Positions 11,775 through 21,409 are shown, numbered from the stretch's first letter. The stretch: 64,000 nucleotides of DNA from Candidatus Falkowbacteria bacterium GW2011_GWF2_43_32 (GCA_000999715.1 LCGL01000004.1:44289-108288); one strand, 5' to 3'. Numbers and translations: made by a program. Notes: generated by a model not told the origin, from the sequence alone.

Positions 11775-12236
11775 ATGAACATTGAGGATTTGAAAAATAC
11801 AGTCAAAGATATAGTCGCCAAGGCTGATATTTTGAAAAGTAAAATTGTAAAAGAGCCAGTTCCAGTAAATTACGCATGTATTTTCTGCCAAAGTAAGGAA
11901 GAATATACGTCGTTTCTTGAAACAACAAAGCAAATCGGAACCGTAGTCCAAGAAACAAAAGCTGGCCCTGTATTTCAAATTGCTTCTTTGCCCACGATTG
12001 CAGGGAATTTGCAGCTACTTAAGATACGCAAGCCTGATCCAACACGGCCTGAACGTGGAGACGCTGATTTTACTCTCTTAAACTATGAAGAATTTAAAAA
12101 AGAGCATCTTTCACAACCAGGGTTTAGTCTCATTCAAAAGGAGCAACTCGAAATGATAGAGTATATGGAGCCAGATAGTTCTATTAGAGTGTATTTTTCA
12201 AATCCTCCATTAGATAAACAGTTGGGGATTATTTAA
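11775..12236 (+). CDS. Hypothetical protein, possibly VOC/YecM-like fold (cassette 2)
   Basis: 153-aa ORF from ATG 11775, bounded by complementary cassette ends. Confidence 0.75.
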   Translation: MNIEDLKNTVKDIVAKADILKSKIVKEPVPVNYACIFCQSKEEYTSFLETTKQIGTVVQETKAGPVFQIASLPTIAGNLQLLKIRKPDPTRPERGDADFTLLNYEEFKKEHLSQPGFSLIQKEQLEMIEYMEPDSSIRVYFSNPPLDKQLGII

Positions 12237-12255
12237 GAGGCGCCTCGTGTACAGC

Positions 12256-12274
12256 GCACAACACCGGATATCCG
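12256..12274 (+). repeat. attC-like left half only
   Basis: GCACAAC-A-CCGGATATCCG with no nearby right arm. Confidence 0.7.
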
Positions 12275-12302
12275 ATTCGTGAGCTAAGTAAAATTATTTT
12301 TT

Positions 12303-12761
12303 ATGCCCGACCACCAAAATAAACTGATCGCTGAAACTTCTTCCGAATTGTCTGCCGTGCTCAAGTTGTTACGCAGACATAGAGCTGATATTAAAAATAG
12401 CTATAAAGAAAAAAGGGGTGAGCGTCAGATATTAAGCCGTGAAGAGAGACGAGTAATACTAAATAAAACAGCTCGGCGCTGTCATATCTGTGGCGGTAAA
12501 ATTGAAGGAAACAAATTTGACGCTGATCATGTTATGGCGCATAGCAGCGGCGGCAAACATAACATTGATAATTATTTACCAGCTCATTCATTGTGCAATA
12601 ACTATCGATGGGATTATCTTGCAGAAGAGTTTCAGCTTATATTAAAAATAGGGGTTTGGTGCAGAACATTGATTGAGCATAATAAAACAACATTAGACCA
12701 AAAGATTGCCAAGAGTTTCATCGAATATGAAAAGAGTAGGTTAAAAAGAAGAAAAAAATAA
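12303..12761 (+). CDS. HNH endonuclease (McrA-like)
   Basis: CHICG, DHV..HSSGG, DNYLPAHSLCN. Confidence 0.9.
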   Translation: MPDHQNKLIAETSSELSAVLKLLRRHRADIKNSYKEKRGERQILSREERRVILNKTARRCHICGGKIEGNKFDADHVMAHSSGGKHNIDNYLPAHSLCNNYRWDYLAEEFQLILKIGVWCRTLIEHNKTTLDQKIAKSFIEYEKSRLKRRKK

Positions 12762-12860
12762 TTTTACTTATCTCGCTCATTCAAATTGCTTGTCCGCTTA
12801 GGCGTTGGGTAGCGCTCCATTCCACTACGCGCTACAATTATACCGCCACGCGAACTGCGC

Positions 12861-12887
12861 AACTTCGAATATCCGCAAACGTTAGAT
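12861..12887 (+). repeat. attC-like right half only
   Basis: AACTT-CGAATATCCGC-AAAC-GTTAGAT, the same layout as the right arms of the complete sites. Confidence 0.7.
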
Positions 12888-12907
12888 GAAATAATAATCC
12901 ACCTAAT

Positions 12908-13327
12908 ATGAATAAAGAAACCAGTTTTAAAAAAATCTTGTATTCTAAATTGAATGCGAGACAACAAGAAAATTATAATTACCAAAAAGCGTCGGCAATT
13001 CTAGCTGACTATGGATTCAACACGCTTCGACTTTCGGATGACTGGCAGGGGGCTGATTTCATCGCAATACATATTAATGGTAAAGATTTTTTAAAAGTAC
13101 AACTTAAGGGTCGCCTCACATTTGAAAAAAAGTATATTGGTAGAGATATTTGGATTTGCTTTTCTTATCAAGACAACTGGTTTCTTTATCCGCACGATAT
13201 GCTACTTCAAATATTTGGAGATAAAATGAATTTCATCAATACGAAATCATGGACTGAAAAGGGTGGGTATAGCTGGAATCATTTAAATAAAAATCAAATT
13301 TTAGTTATCTCCAAATATAAGATTTAA
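12908..13327 (+). CDS. Putative PD-(D/E)XK nuclease (cassette)
   Basis: QE..GADFIAI..LKVQLKGR restriction-endonuclease-like pattern. Confidence 0.65.
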   Translation: MNKETSFKKILYSKLNARQQENYNYQKASAILADYGFNTLRLSDDWQGADFIAIHINGKDFLKVQLKGRLTFEKKYIGRDIWICFSYQDNWFLYPHDMLLQIFGDKMNFINTKSWTEKGGYSWNHLNKNQILVISKYKI

Positions 13328-13347
13328 AGCCAGTGGATTATTACATC

Positions 13348-13447
13348 AGCTAACACGACATATCCGCAAGGGCGAAAGCCACATTTTGCCACTCTATTAA
13401 AAAAAATAAGGATGTGGCGAAACGTCGGATATGCCGTAACGTTATTT
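13348..13447 (+). repeat. attC-like site (complete, 100 bp)
   Basis: AGCTAAC-A-CGACATATCCG...CGGATATGCCG-TAAC-GTTATTT with an internal GCCAC/GTGGC stem. Confidence 0.85.
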
Positions 13448-13513
13448 GAAATATTCCTTTTTTTTGGCTATCGTTCAATTGTTGTAAAAAATTTTAAAAT
13501 TTCTTTTTTATTA

Positions 13514-13581
13514 ATTAAAGAGGGGTATATAGTGTTTTCTCCGCTACGCTACAAAAACTTCTTTTATCCCTGATGTTCTGC
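13514..13581 (+). repeat. Degenerate attC-like site
   Basis: ATTAAAG-AGGGGTATATAG..TTTTCTCCGCTACGCTACAAAAACTTC..TATCCC-TGAT-GTTCTGC; loop is homologous to site 1, AAC changed to AAG. Confidence 0.65.
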
Positions 13582-13615
13582 AAAATTGAAACTTTTACAA
13601 CTTTTCTTTTTTAAT

Positions 13616-14065
13616 ATGAAACAGACTTATTCTATCGGAGCATTTGCGATTATCCTTGATGACCAAGATCGTGTTTTGCTTTGTCATAGAAATGATTACG
13701 ATCTTTGGAATCTCCCTGGCGGAGGAGTGGAATTTAATGAGGCGCCGTGGGAATGCGTCGTTCGTGAAGTTAAGGAGGAAATCGGCCTTGATGTTGAAGT
13801 TGAGCGTCTTGCTGGCGTGTACAGTAAGCGCAACCAAGATGAGTTAGTTTTTTCTTTTGTTTGTAGGGTTGTTGGTGGAAAAATGACGCTCACAAATGAA
13901 GCCGACCAAATTGAGTATTTCCCAATCGAGGAGATTCCAAAGAATACGTCGCCTAAGCAAAGTGAGAGAATAAAGGATGTTCTTGCCGATAAAGGCAAAA
14001 CGCTAGCTATGAGAGTTCAAGAAGGTCCGTCATCAATAAGTTTGATAAAGGAGGGAAAGTTGTAA
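13616..14065 (+). CDS. NUDIX hydrolase (cassette)
   Basis: WNLPGGGVEFNEAPWECVVREVKEEIGL. Confidence 0.95.
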   Translation: MKQTYSIGAFAIILDDQDRVLLCHRNDYDLWNLPGGGVEFNEAPWECVVREVKEEIGLDVEVERLAGVYSKRNQDELVFSFVCRVVGGKMTLTNEADQIEYFPIEEIPKNTSPKQSERIKDVLADKGKTLAMRVQEGPSSISLIKEGKL

Positions 14066-14077
14066 AAAATTTCAGTA

Positions 14078-14100
14078 TCGCATACTCGGATATGTTATGT
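14078..14100 (+). repeat. Internally deleted attC-like site (right arm and R' only)
   Basis: TCGCATACTCGG-ATAT-GTTATGT fused directly to the cassette 3' inverted repeat. Confidence 0.6.
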
Positions 14101-14130
14101 GAAATAAAGTTTTATTTTTAACTATAGTCT

Positions 14131-14544
14131 ATGGCTTATTTCAATAAAATCGGTTTGCTGTATCTTAATGACGATCAGTCAAAGTTTTTAGTGTGTGAAA
14201 AAGATAATTTTACTTCTGATTTCATTATGCCCGGCGGGCAAGTGGATGATGGCGAGAATAATGAAGAATGCCTCGTACGTGAAATTAAAGAAGAGCTCGA
14301 TGTAGATATGGATAAGACAAGCCTCATATTTATCAAGGAGTATGTAGATGTGGCGGCCGGTGACCCGACAAAAGACGTTTCTATAAAGTTGTACGAAGGT
14401 AAAATTATTGGCGAGCCTAAACCGTCTGCTGAAATAATCAAGTTTCACTGGGTTGGTAAGGACGACTTGTTTCATCCGCGACTTTCCCCGATTGTCAAGA
14501 ATAGAATTTTGCCTGATCTTATCGCAAAAAAAATACTAAAATAA
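14131..14544 (+). CDS. NUDIX hydrolase (cassette)
   Basis: MPGGQVDDGENNEECLVREIKEEL. Confidence 0.93.
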   Translation: MAYFNKIGLLYLNDDQSKFLVCEKDNFTSDFIMPGGQVDDGENNEECLVREIKEELDVDMDKTSLIFIKEYVDVAAGDPTKDVSIKLYEGKIIGEPKPSAEIIKFHWVGKDDLFHPRLSPIVKNRILPDLIAKKILK

Positions 14545-14555
14545 AATTTTACATC

Positions 14556-14569
14556 GCAGAACACGGTAT
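14556..14569 (+). repeat. attC-like left half, truncated
   Basis: GCAGAAC-A-CGGTAT, identical start to the left arm of site 1. Confidence 0.6.
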
Positions 14570-14586
14570 GGCTAATTACGACCTTT

Positions 14587-15207
14587 ATGCAAATACCAGC
14601 CAATATTTCGCTAAAACAAGAAGGGCAATATTGTATTCATTGTTTTTCGCAAAAAGTCGAAAAAACTGATCGGGATGGCTTAACATATTATCATTGTCAT
14701 TCGTGCGGCCAGATTGCAGAAAGAAGCTTGGTTATCGATAATAGTATTGTTTGGTGGATAGATAAAAAAACCAATGAGTATTGGCATGAGAGTGTGGGTA
14801 TTTTTGTTTTTAATTTTGAAAATAAAGCTCTTTTTTTCGAAAGGACCATTTATCCTTTCGCCTTTACTATTCCGGCAGGGCATCTTGACGTCGGAGAAAT
14901 TGCAGACGTCGCCGTAAAGCGAGAGTTGAAAGAAGAAACAAAAATTGAATCTGATAATGTTAAACTTTTTTCGACAGAAGATGTGAGCGGAGACAAATGT
15001 CGTCGCGGAGCCGATCATCATAAATGGCATCTTTATGTAGCTCAAATTGAAAATATCGGTAACATCAAAATAAACGACGAAGGAATAAAGCCCGTTTGGC
15101 TCACTTTTGATGAGGCGTTGGGAAAAAAATTGGTGTATCCGGTCCGATATTTTATTGAAAAATACGGAGAAAAACTGTTGAAATCGGCGCAAATAGTAGA
15201 AATATAA
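14587..15207 (+). CDS. Zn-ribbon NUDIX hydrolase
   Basis: CIHC..CHSC plus IPAGHLDVGE..RELKEET. Confidence 0.9.
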   Translation: MQIPANISLKQEGQYCIHCFSQKVEKTDRDGLTYYHCHSCGQIAERSLVIDNSIVWWIDKKTNEYWHESVGIFVFNFENKALFFERTIYPFAFTIPAGHLDVGEIADVAVKRELKEETKIESDNVKLFSTEDVSGDKCRRGADHHKWHLYVAQIENIGNIKINDEGIKPVWLTFDEALGKKLVYPVRYFIEKYGEKLLKSAQIVEI

Positions 15208-15301
15208 GAGGAAAATTGTTTGTACCAAAAAATTAAAAAAGGAGTTTTAGGCTCGAGCATTGACGCTCTTATATTTTCTGACCTTAATTTGTTCCGATTT
15301 C

Positions 15302-15344
15302 TTTAATATGGTATACTGTAAATAATCAGCTAAACCATATTAAA
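15302..15344 (+). promoter_or_regulatory. Inverted-repeat operator overlapping the -10 of the Fic gene
   Basis: TTTAATATGGT-N21-ACCATATTAAA perfect 11-bp inverted repeat with TGG-TATACT extended -10. Confidence 0.5.
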
Positions 15345-15352
15345 TATTTTCT

Positions 15353-16318
15353 ATGACATATCTACCATCTATCATAAAAAATCGTCTGGAAGAAAAATTG
15401 TCTAAACTTAACAAACTTCGTCCCCTGCCCAAATCAGCGGTACAAAAACTTCGTGAAAAATTCCAGATAGAGATGACCTTCAATTCAAACGCCATAGAGG
15501 GCAACTCTTTAACTTTAAAAGAGACCTTTTTGGTTATTAATGAAGGCATAACTGTAAAGGGGAAACCCTTGAAAGACCACCTGGAAGCCAAAGATCATCA
15601 CGCCGCTTTGGAATATTTATACGAGTTAATAGATAAAGACAAAAGACACACTATTTCGGAAATGCTTATACGAAATTTGCATAAAATTATTATACAGGAA
15701 ACCGATAAGGATTGGGCCGGCCGATACAGAAATGCCAATGTAACTATAGGGGGAGCAAAACACACGCCGCCAGATGCGTTGCAAGCGCCACAAAAGATGC
15801 GAGATTTAATCAGTTGGTTGAATTTACAAAAAGGCAAGACTAATATCGTTGAATTGGCCGCCTTATTACATCACAAATTAGTGCATATCCATCCCTTTTT
15901 TGACGGCAACGGCAGAACGGCACGACTCACAATGAATTTACTGCTTATGCAGGCGGGCTATCCGTTGGTTATTATTATGAAAAATGACCGCAAGAAATAT
16001 TATGATGTATTGGATAAAGCGGATAGCGGTAAACTCGAACCTCTAATAAAATTTATTGCTCAATCTATAGAGCGCTCACTTGATATTTATCTAAAAACTT
16101 TGACTCCCTCAACCACCAAGCAAGAAAAATTTGTATCGCTTGCTGAAATATCCAAGACTATTAATTGTTCTGCCAAATACTTAAATCTGCTCGCCAGACA
16201 AGGAAAACTGGAAGCATACAAAGAAGGCAGGGATTGGTTGACATCGAAAGAAGCTGTTGAACGATATTTTAAAAACCGAACAAGACAAAGAAAAAGTTCA
16301 AAAAAGAAAGTTATATAG
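15353..16318 (+). CDS. Fic-domain AMPylase (class II) with C-terminal HTH
   Basis: HPFFDGNGRTAR catalytic motif, SNAIEGN inhibitory motif, C-terminal SLAEIS..YLNLLARQGKL. Confidence 0.93.
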   Translation: MTYLPSIIKNRLEEKLSKLNKLRPLPKSAVQKLREKFQIEMTFNSNAIEGNSLTLKETFLVINEGITVKGKPLKDHLEAKDHHAALEYLYELIDKDKRHTISEMLIRNLHKIIIQETDKDWAGRYRNANVTIGGAKHTPPDALQAPQKMRDLISWLNLQKGKTNIVELAALLHHKLVHIHPFFDGNGRTARLTMNLLLMQAGYPLVIIMKNDRKKYYDVLDKADSGKLEPLIKFIAQSIERSLDIYLKTLTPSTTKQEKFVSLAEISKTINCSAKYLNLLARQGKLEAYKEGRDWLTSKEAVERYFKNRTRQRKSSKKKVI

Positions 16319-16436
16319 GAGTTTTGGTCCTGGGGCATTTTTCCCCAGCTCATCTGCTCCTACGCCCAGACAAAAATAAAATTTGTTCATTAAGAAAAGT
16401 ATTTGACTATCGTCGGAAAAAAGAAAAGCATACATC

Positions 16437-16505
16437 ATATAACACGGCATATCCGGTTACGGCGTTTATACAAAAGCCGTAATCAGGCATGCCGAAACGT
16501 TATGC
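16437..16505 (+). repeat. attC-like site (complete, 69 bp)
   Basis: ATATAAC-A-CGGCATATCCG-GTTACGGC..GCCGTAATC-AGGCATGCCG-AAAC-GTTATGC. Confidence 0.85.
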
Positions 16506-16568
16506 GCCGCCAAAAGGATGCACTTGGCTTGCGAATATTTATAAACAAGAATAATAAACAACAACATT

Positions 16569-16835
16569 ATGGAAAATAATCATTTCAAAGATGCGGTTAA
16601 ATCACACAAACTGCTTGCGCAAGAAAGAACCATTCTTGCCAATGAGCGTAATACTCTCGCGTATATAAGAACGGGGTTTTCTTCATTTGTTCTCGGTATT
16701 GCAGTCATTAAATTATTTGAGAACGACGGTTTTTTGCTATATGCTGGATGGATAGCTGTCGTGATGGGAATATTATTTATTATTCTGGGGCTAGTTTATT
16801 ATCCAATACGGAAAAAGAAGATTAAGTCATATTAG
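16569..16835 (+). CDS. DUF202/YidH-family membrane protein (cassette)
   Basis: LANERNTLAYIRT followed by two TM helices. Confidence 0.9.
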   Translation: MENNHFKDAVKSHKLLAQERTILANERNTLAYIRTGFSSFVLGIAVIKLFENDGFLLYAGWIAVVMGILFIILGLVYYPIRKKKIKSY

Positions 16836-16916
16836 ATTGTGTCCTCCTGAAACTCACTCCGCTTCGCTCCGACTACGCCACGCTTTTATCTCGCTGCGTT
16901 ACGCTTCAGTCGAGTC

Positions 16917-16935
16917 GTATAACAAGGCATATCCC
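16917..16935 (+). repeat. attC-like left half, truncated; end of the recognisable array
   Basis: GTATAAC-A-AGGCATATCCC; GTCGTATAAC complements cassette start GTTATGCGCC (16499). Confidence 0.6.
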
Positions 16936-17008
16936 GGACAAGAACTACCAAACAAGGGGTCGAGTAAGAATTGAAACATTCACTAGCAGTTAATTAATTA
17001 AAATTATT

Positions 17009-17332
17009 ATGAAATTAGGAATAATTATCAGTCAAATAAATCCGGAAACAAATTGGAACGCTTTGCGTTTAGCGAATTTTGCTCTCAAACAAGGCGACGA
17101 AGTTAAAATTTTTCTCATTGGCGAAGGCGTAGAGTATGAAACGGGCAGTTCGGAAAAATTTAACCTCCAAGAACAAATAGCGGAATTTTTAAAATCTGAA
17201 AATGCTAAAATTTTGGCGTGCGGCACTTGTTTAAAATCGAGAAATCAAGAAGCGACCGATAGCTGCCCGCTGAGCACCATGAAAGATCTATATGCGCTCG
17301 TACAAGAAAGCGATAAAATTTTAACTTTTTAA
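17009..17332 (+). CDS. DsrE-family protein
   Basis: VKIFLIGEGVE, ACGTCL and SDKILTF motifs. Confidence 0.88.
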   Translation: MKLGIIISQINPETNWNALRLANFALKQGDEVKIFLIGEGVEYETGSSEKFNLQEQIAEFLKSENAKILACGTCLKSRNQEATDSCPLSTMKDLYALVQESDKILTF

Positions 17333-17344
17333 TGAAATAATTTT

Positions 17345-17563
17345 ATGATGTATTATAATTTTGCGCCTTTTGGCTGGATTTTCATGATTTTTTTCTGGGT
17401 TTTGGCGATTGCCGGAATCATTGTTTTGATAAAATGGCTAGTCGGCCAAAATAAGACTGAAAGCGGAAAAAATAATATCGCCTTAGATATTCTCAAAGAG
17501 AGATATGCAAAAGGCGATATTAATAAAAAAGAGTTTGGAGAAAAAAAGAGAGATTTGGAATAA
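17345..17563 (+). CDS. SHOCT-domain membrane protein
   Basis: TM helix followed by [19 protein letters not shown]. Confidence 0.88.
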   Translation: MMYYNFAPFGWIFMIFFWVLAIAGIIVLIKWLVGQNKTESGKNNIALDILKERYAKGDINKKEFGEKKRDLE

Positions 17564-17616
17564 GATATTTTGAGCTTCGGGTATTTTGTTTAGAAAATCA
17601 AGTCAAATGTGAGATA

Positions 17617-18453
17617 TTAAAATCTCAGCCAGATCATCACGATTAAGGCCAAAGCCATCCGATACCAGCCGAAAAAAGTGAAATTATGTTTTTGGATGAA
17701 ATTCAAGAAGAAGCGGATGCTGATAATGGCCGTAATGAAGGACATAACGAAGCCGATGGCCCAGACTGTCAAATCTTGGCCGACTAACAAGCCGAGCGTC
17801 GCTCGGCTTTTATATAAATCCAGGCCGGTGGCGGCTATCATGGTGGGGATGGCTAACAAAAAAGAAAATTCTACAATATTTTTACGGCCGATGCCGAGGG
17901 CCAATCCGCCGATGATGGTGGCGGCGGACCGGGAAACGCCCGGAATAATCGCCAAAGCTTGAAAAAAGCCGATGCCGGCGGCTTGTTTATAAGAGACATT
18001 CATTTCCAGTCCCCGTCCCTTGTCTTCCTTTTCTTTTTCGTTATTTTCTTCCTCGGCCGATAATATTTCGGCTGTTTGTTTTCGGGAATAATATTTTTCA
18101 AAAATAATCAGAACTAAGCCGCCGACGAAGAGCGAGCCGGCGATAACGTAATTATTGTCCAGCAGATAATTTTTGACGATTTTATAAAATATCAAACCGA
18201 TTAACGCGGTCGGCAAAAAGGCGGCGCCGATTTTGCCGAACAGTTCCCAAGAGTGCCAAATTTTTTTCCAATACAAAACCACCACCGCCAGAATCGCTCC
18301 GAGCTGGATGGAGATCGTGAAGGTTTTGAAAAACTCGGAAGAAGGGAGTCTGAGCCATTCTCCGGCCAAAATCAAATGAGCCGTGGAAGAAATCGGCAGA
18401 AATTCGCTTAAACCCTCTATCAGGCCCAAAATCAAACCATGAAATACAGTCAT
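17617..18453 (-). CDS. uppP: Undecaprenyl-diphosphatase
   Basis: EGLSEFLPISSTAHL and PGVSRSAATI motifs. Confidence 0.96.
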   Translation of the reverse strand: MTVFHGLILGLIEGLSEFLPISSTAHLILAGEWLRLPSSEFFKTFTISIQLGAILAVVVLYWKKIWHSWELFGKIGAAFLPTALIGLIFYKIVKNYLLDNNYVIAGSLFVGGLVLIIFEKYYSRKQTAEILSAEEENNEKEKEDKGRGLEMNVSYKQAAGIGFFQALAIIPGVSRSAATIIGGLALGIGRKNIVEFSFLLAIPTMIAATGLDLYKSRATLGLLVGQDLTVWAIGFVMSFITAIISIRFFLNFIQKHNFTFFGWYRMALALIVMIWLRF

Positions 18454-18595
18454 ATTTTTATTTAGTTTACTTTAATATTCTACAATAAATACGCTTCTTA
18501 TAATATATTGACAAATTATTATTTATGTTGTATAGTGTGATAATTACTTCTTTGACAATCAATTAAACGTAAAAACAAATAAATACCAGTAAATC

Positions 18596-19201
18596 ATGAA
18601 AAAGATAATTTTATTGTTGACTCTGGCCGTTATCGCTTACTTTTCTGCCCTAGGACAGAAAAAAACTAAAAGCGCGGACATCTTTCAAAAGATTGACGGC
18701 GACACTTTGTTCATATCGGTTTCCAGAAATTTTACTTTGGACAAATATTTACCGCCTATCGGTTTGACACCCGGCGGCAATACAGTCTTTTACCTGAATG
18801 AAGGTATTAGCGATAAAAATTTTATCAACAGCGCATCGCTGGTTGCCGGACAAGAGAAAGTTTGTATTTACAGGTTGAGCGAATCCGTTTCTTCCGAAGA
18901 GTGCTTGCTGTTCATCGCCAAAGAAGACGGTATTCTGCCCAACGCCCAGCGATTGCTTATGGCCTTTATCCAATTGGATGAGTTTGAATTTCTTTCTTTG
19001 GAAAAAGATGAAATTGTCGGCTTGGATGAATCGTTCAGATTGTGGGCCAGCCCTTTTGGTTGTCATCAGATGATGGCGATCGGTAAAAATATTTTGGAAG
19101 AGCTTTGCTTCAGTCTGCGATGTTTTGAGGACAAAATTCCGCAGGGAAGTTATATCATTTTTACGCAAAGTGTTAAAGCAAAAAGGCGACATTTCAAATA
19201 G
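18596..19201 (+). CDS. Hypothetical exported protein
   Basis: Signal-peptide-like N-terminus, own promoter-like TTGACA upstream, terminator at 19228-19257. Confidence 0.7.
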   Translation: MKKIILLLTLAVIAYFSALGQKKTKSADIFQKIDGDTLFISVSRNFTLDKYLPPIGLTPGGNTVFYLNEGISDKNFINSASLVAGQEKVCIYRLSESVSSEECLLFIAKEDGILPNAQRLLMAFIQLDEFEFLSLEKDEIVGLDESFRLWASPFGCHQMMAIGKNILEELCFSLRCFEDKIPQGSYIIFTQSVKAKRRHFK

Positions 19202-19328
19202 TCGAAATGACCTTTAAATAGCCATTGAACCGCGGAATTATTTCTGCGGTTTTTTTATTGGTCCGGGTTTATCGGCCTCTTTTGCCGTCTTGACAATTAT
19301 TTTTTTAAAGATTAAAATGTTAATATAA

Positions 19329-19355
19329 TTAGCACTCTTATAATATGAGTGCTAA
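19329..19355 (+). promoter_or_regulatory. CIRCE element (HrcA operator) upstream of groES
   Basis: Perfect TTAGCACTC-N9-GAGTGCTAA, downstream of TTGACA-N17-TAAAAT (19290-19318). Confidence 0.97.
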
Positions 19356-19383
19356 CATAAATTAATTTAATATTAGAAAAAAT

Positions 19384-19674
19384 ATGAAGTTAAAACCATT
19401 ATCTAACAATGTTATTGTCAAGCCCTTGAAAAATGAAACTAGCACCAAATCCGGCATCGTTTTGCCGGAGACGATCGATAAAGAAAAGCCGGAGACGGGA
19501 GAAGTTGTCGCCGTCGGATCGGGACGTATTTTGGATAACGGGCAGACAGCGCCTTTGACGGTCAAAGTCGGCGACCGAGTGATGTTTAAAAAATATTCGC
19601 CGGATGAGATTAAAATTGACGAGGAAGATTATCTGGTTTTAAGTGAAAGCGATATTATCGCCATTATTGAATAA
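19384..19674 (+). CDS. groES: Co-chaperonin GroES
   Basis: [12 protein letters not shown] and VKVGDRV motifs. Confidence 0.98.
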   Translation: MKLKPLSNNVIVKPLKNETSTKSGIVLPETIDKEKPETGEVVAVGSGRILDNGQTAPLTVKVGDRVMFKKYSPDEIKIDEEDYLVLSESDIIAIIE

Positions 19675-21360
<1,686 letters not shown>

Positions 21361-21382
21361 AATATTAGCGAATTTGTAAATT

Positions 21383-21409
21383 AAAGGCCGGCCGAAGAGC
21401 CGGCCTTTT
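21383..21409 (+). terminator. groEL terminator
   Basis: AAAGGCCGGC-CGAAGA-GCCGGCCTTTT. Confidence 0.85.

Larger units (their letters stand above)
11140..16935 (+). mobile_element. Integron-like gene cassette array lacking an integrase (CALIN-like)
   Basis: Co-oriented short AT-rich genes separated by AAC...GTT hairpin sites; cassette 5' and 3' ends are complementary. Confidence 0.85.

Noticed and set aside
15241-16339. Imperfect direct repeat GGAGTTTT...GCATT flanking the Fic gene (15241 and 16318)
   Set aside because: Only 8+5 matching bases; too weak to call a target duplication
11640-16935. CRISPR interpretation of the repeated hairpins
   Set aside because: Repeats are divergent, spaced by whole genes, and no cas genes are present
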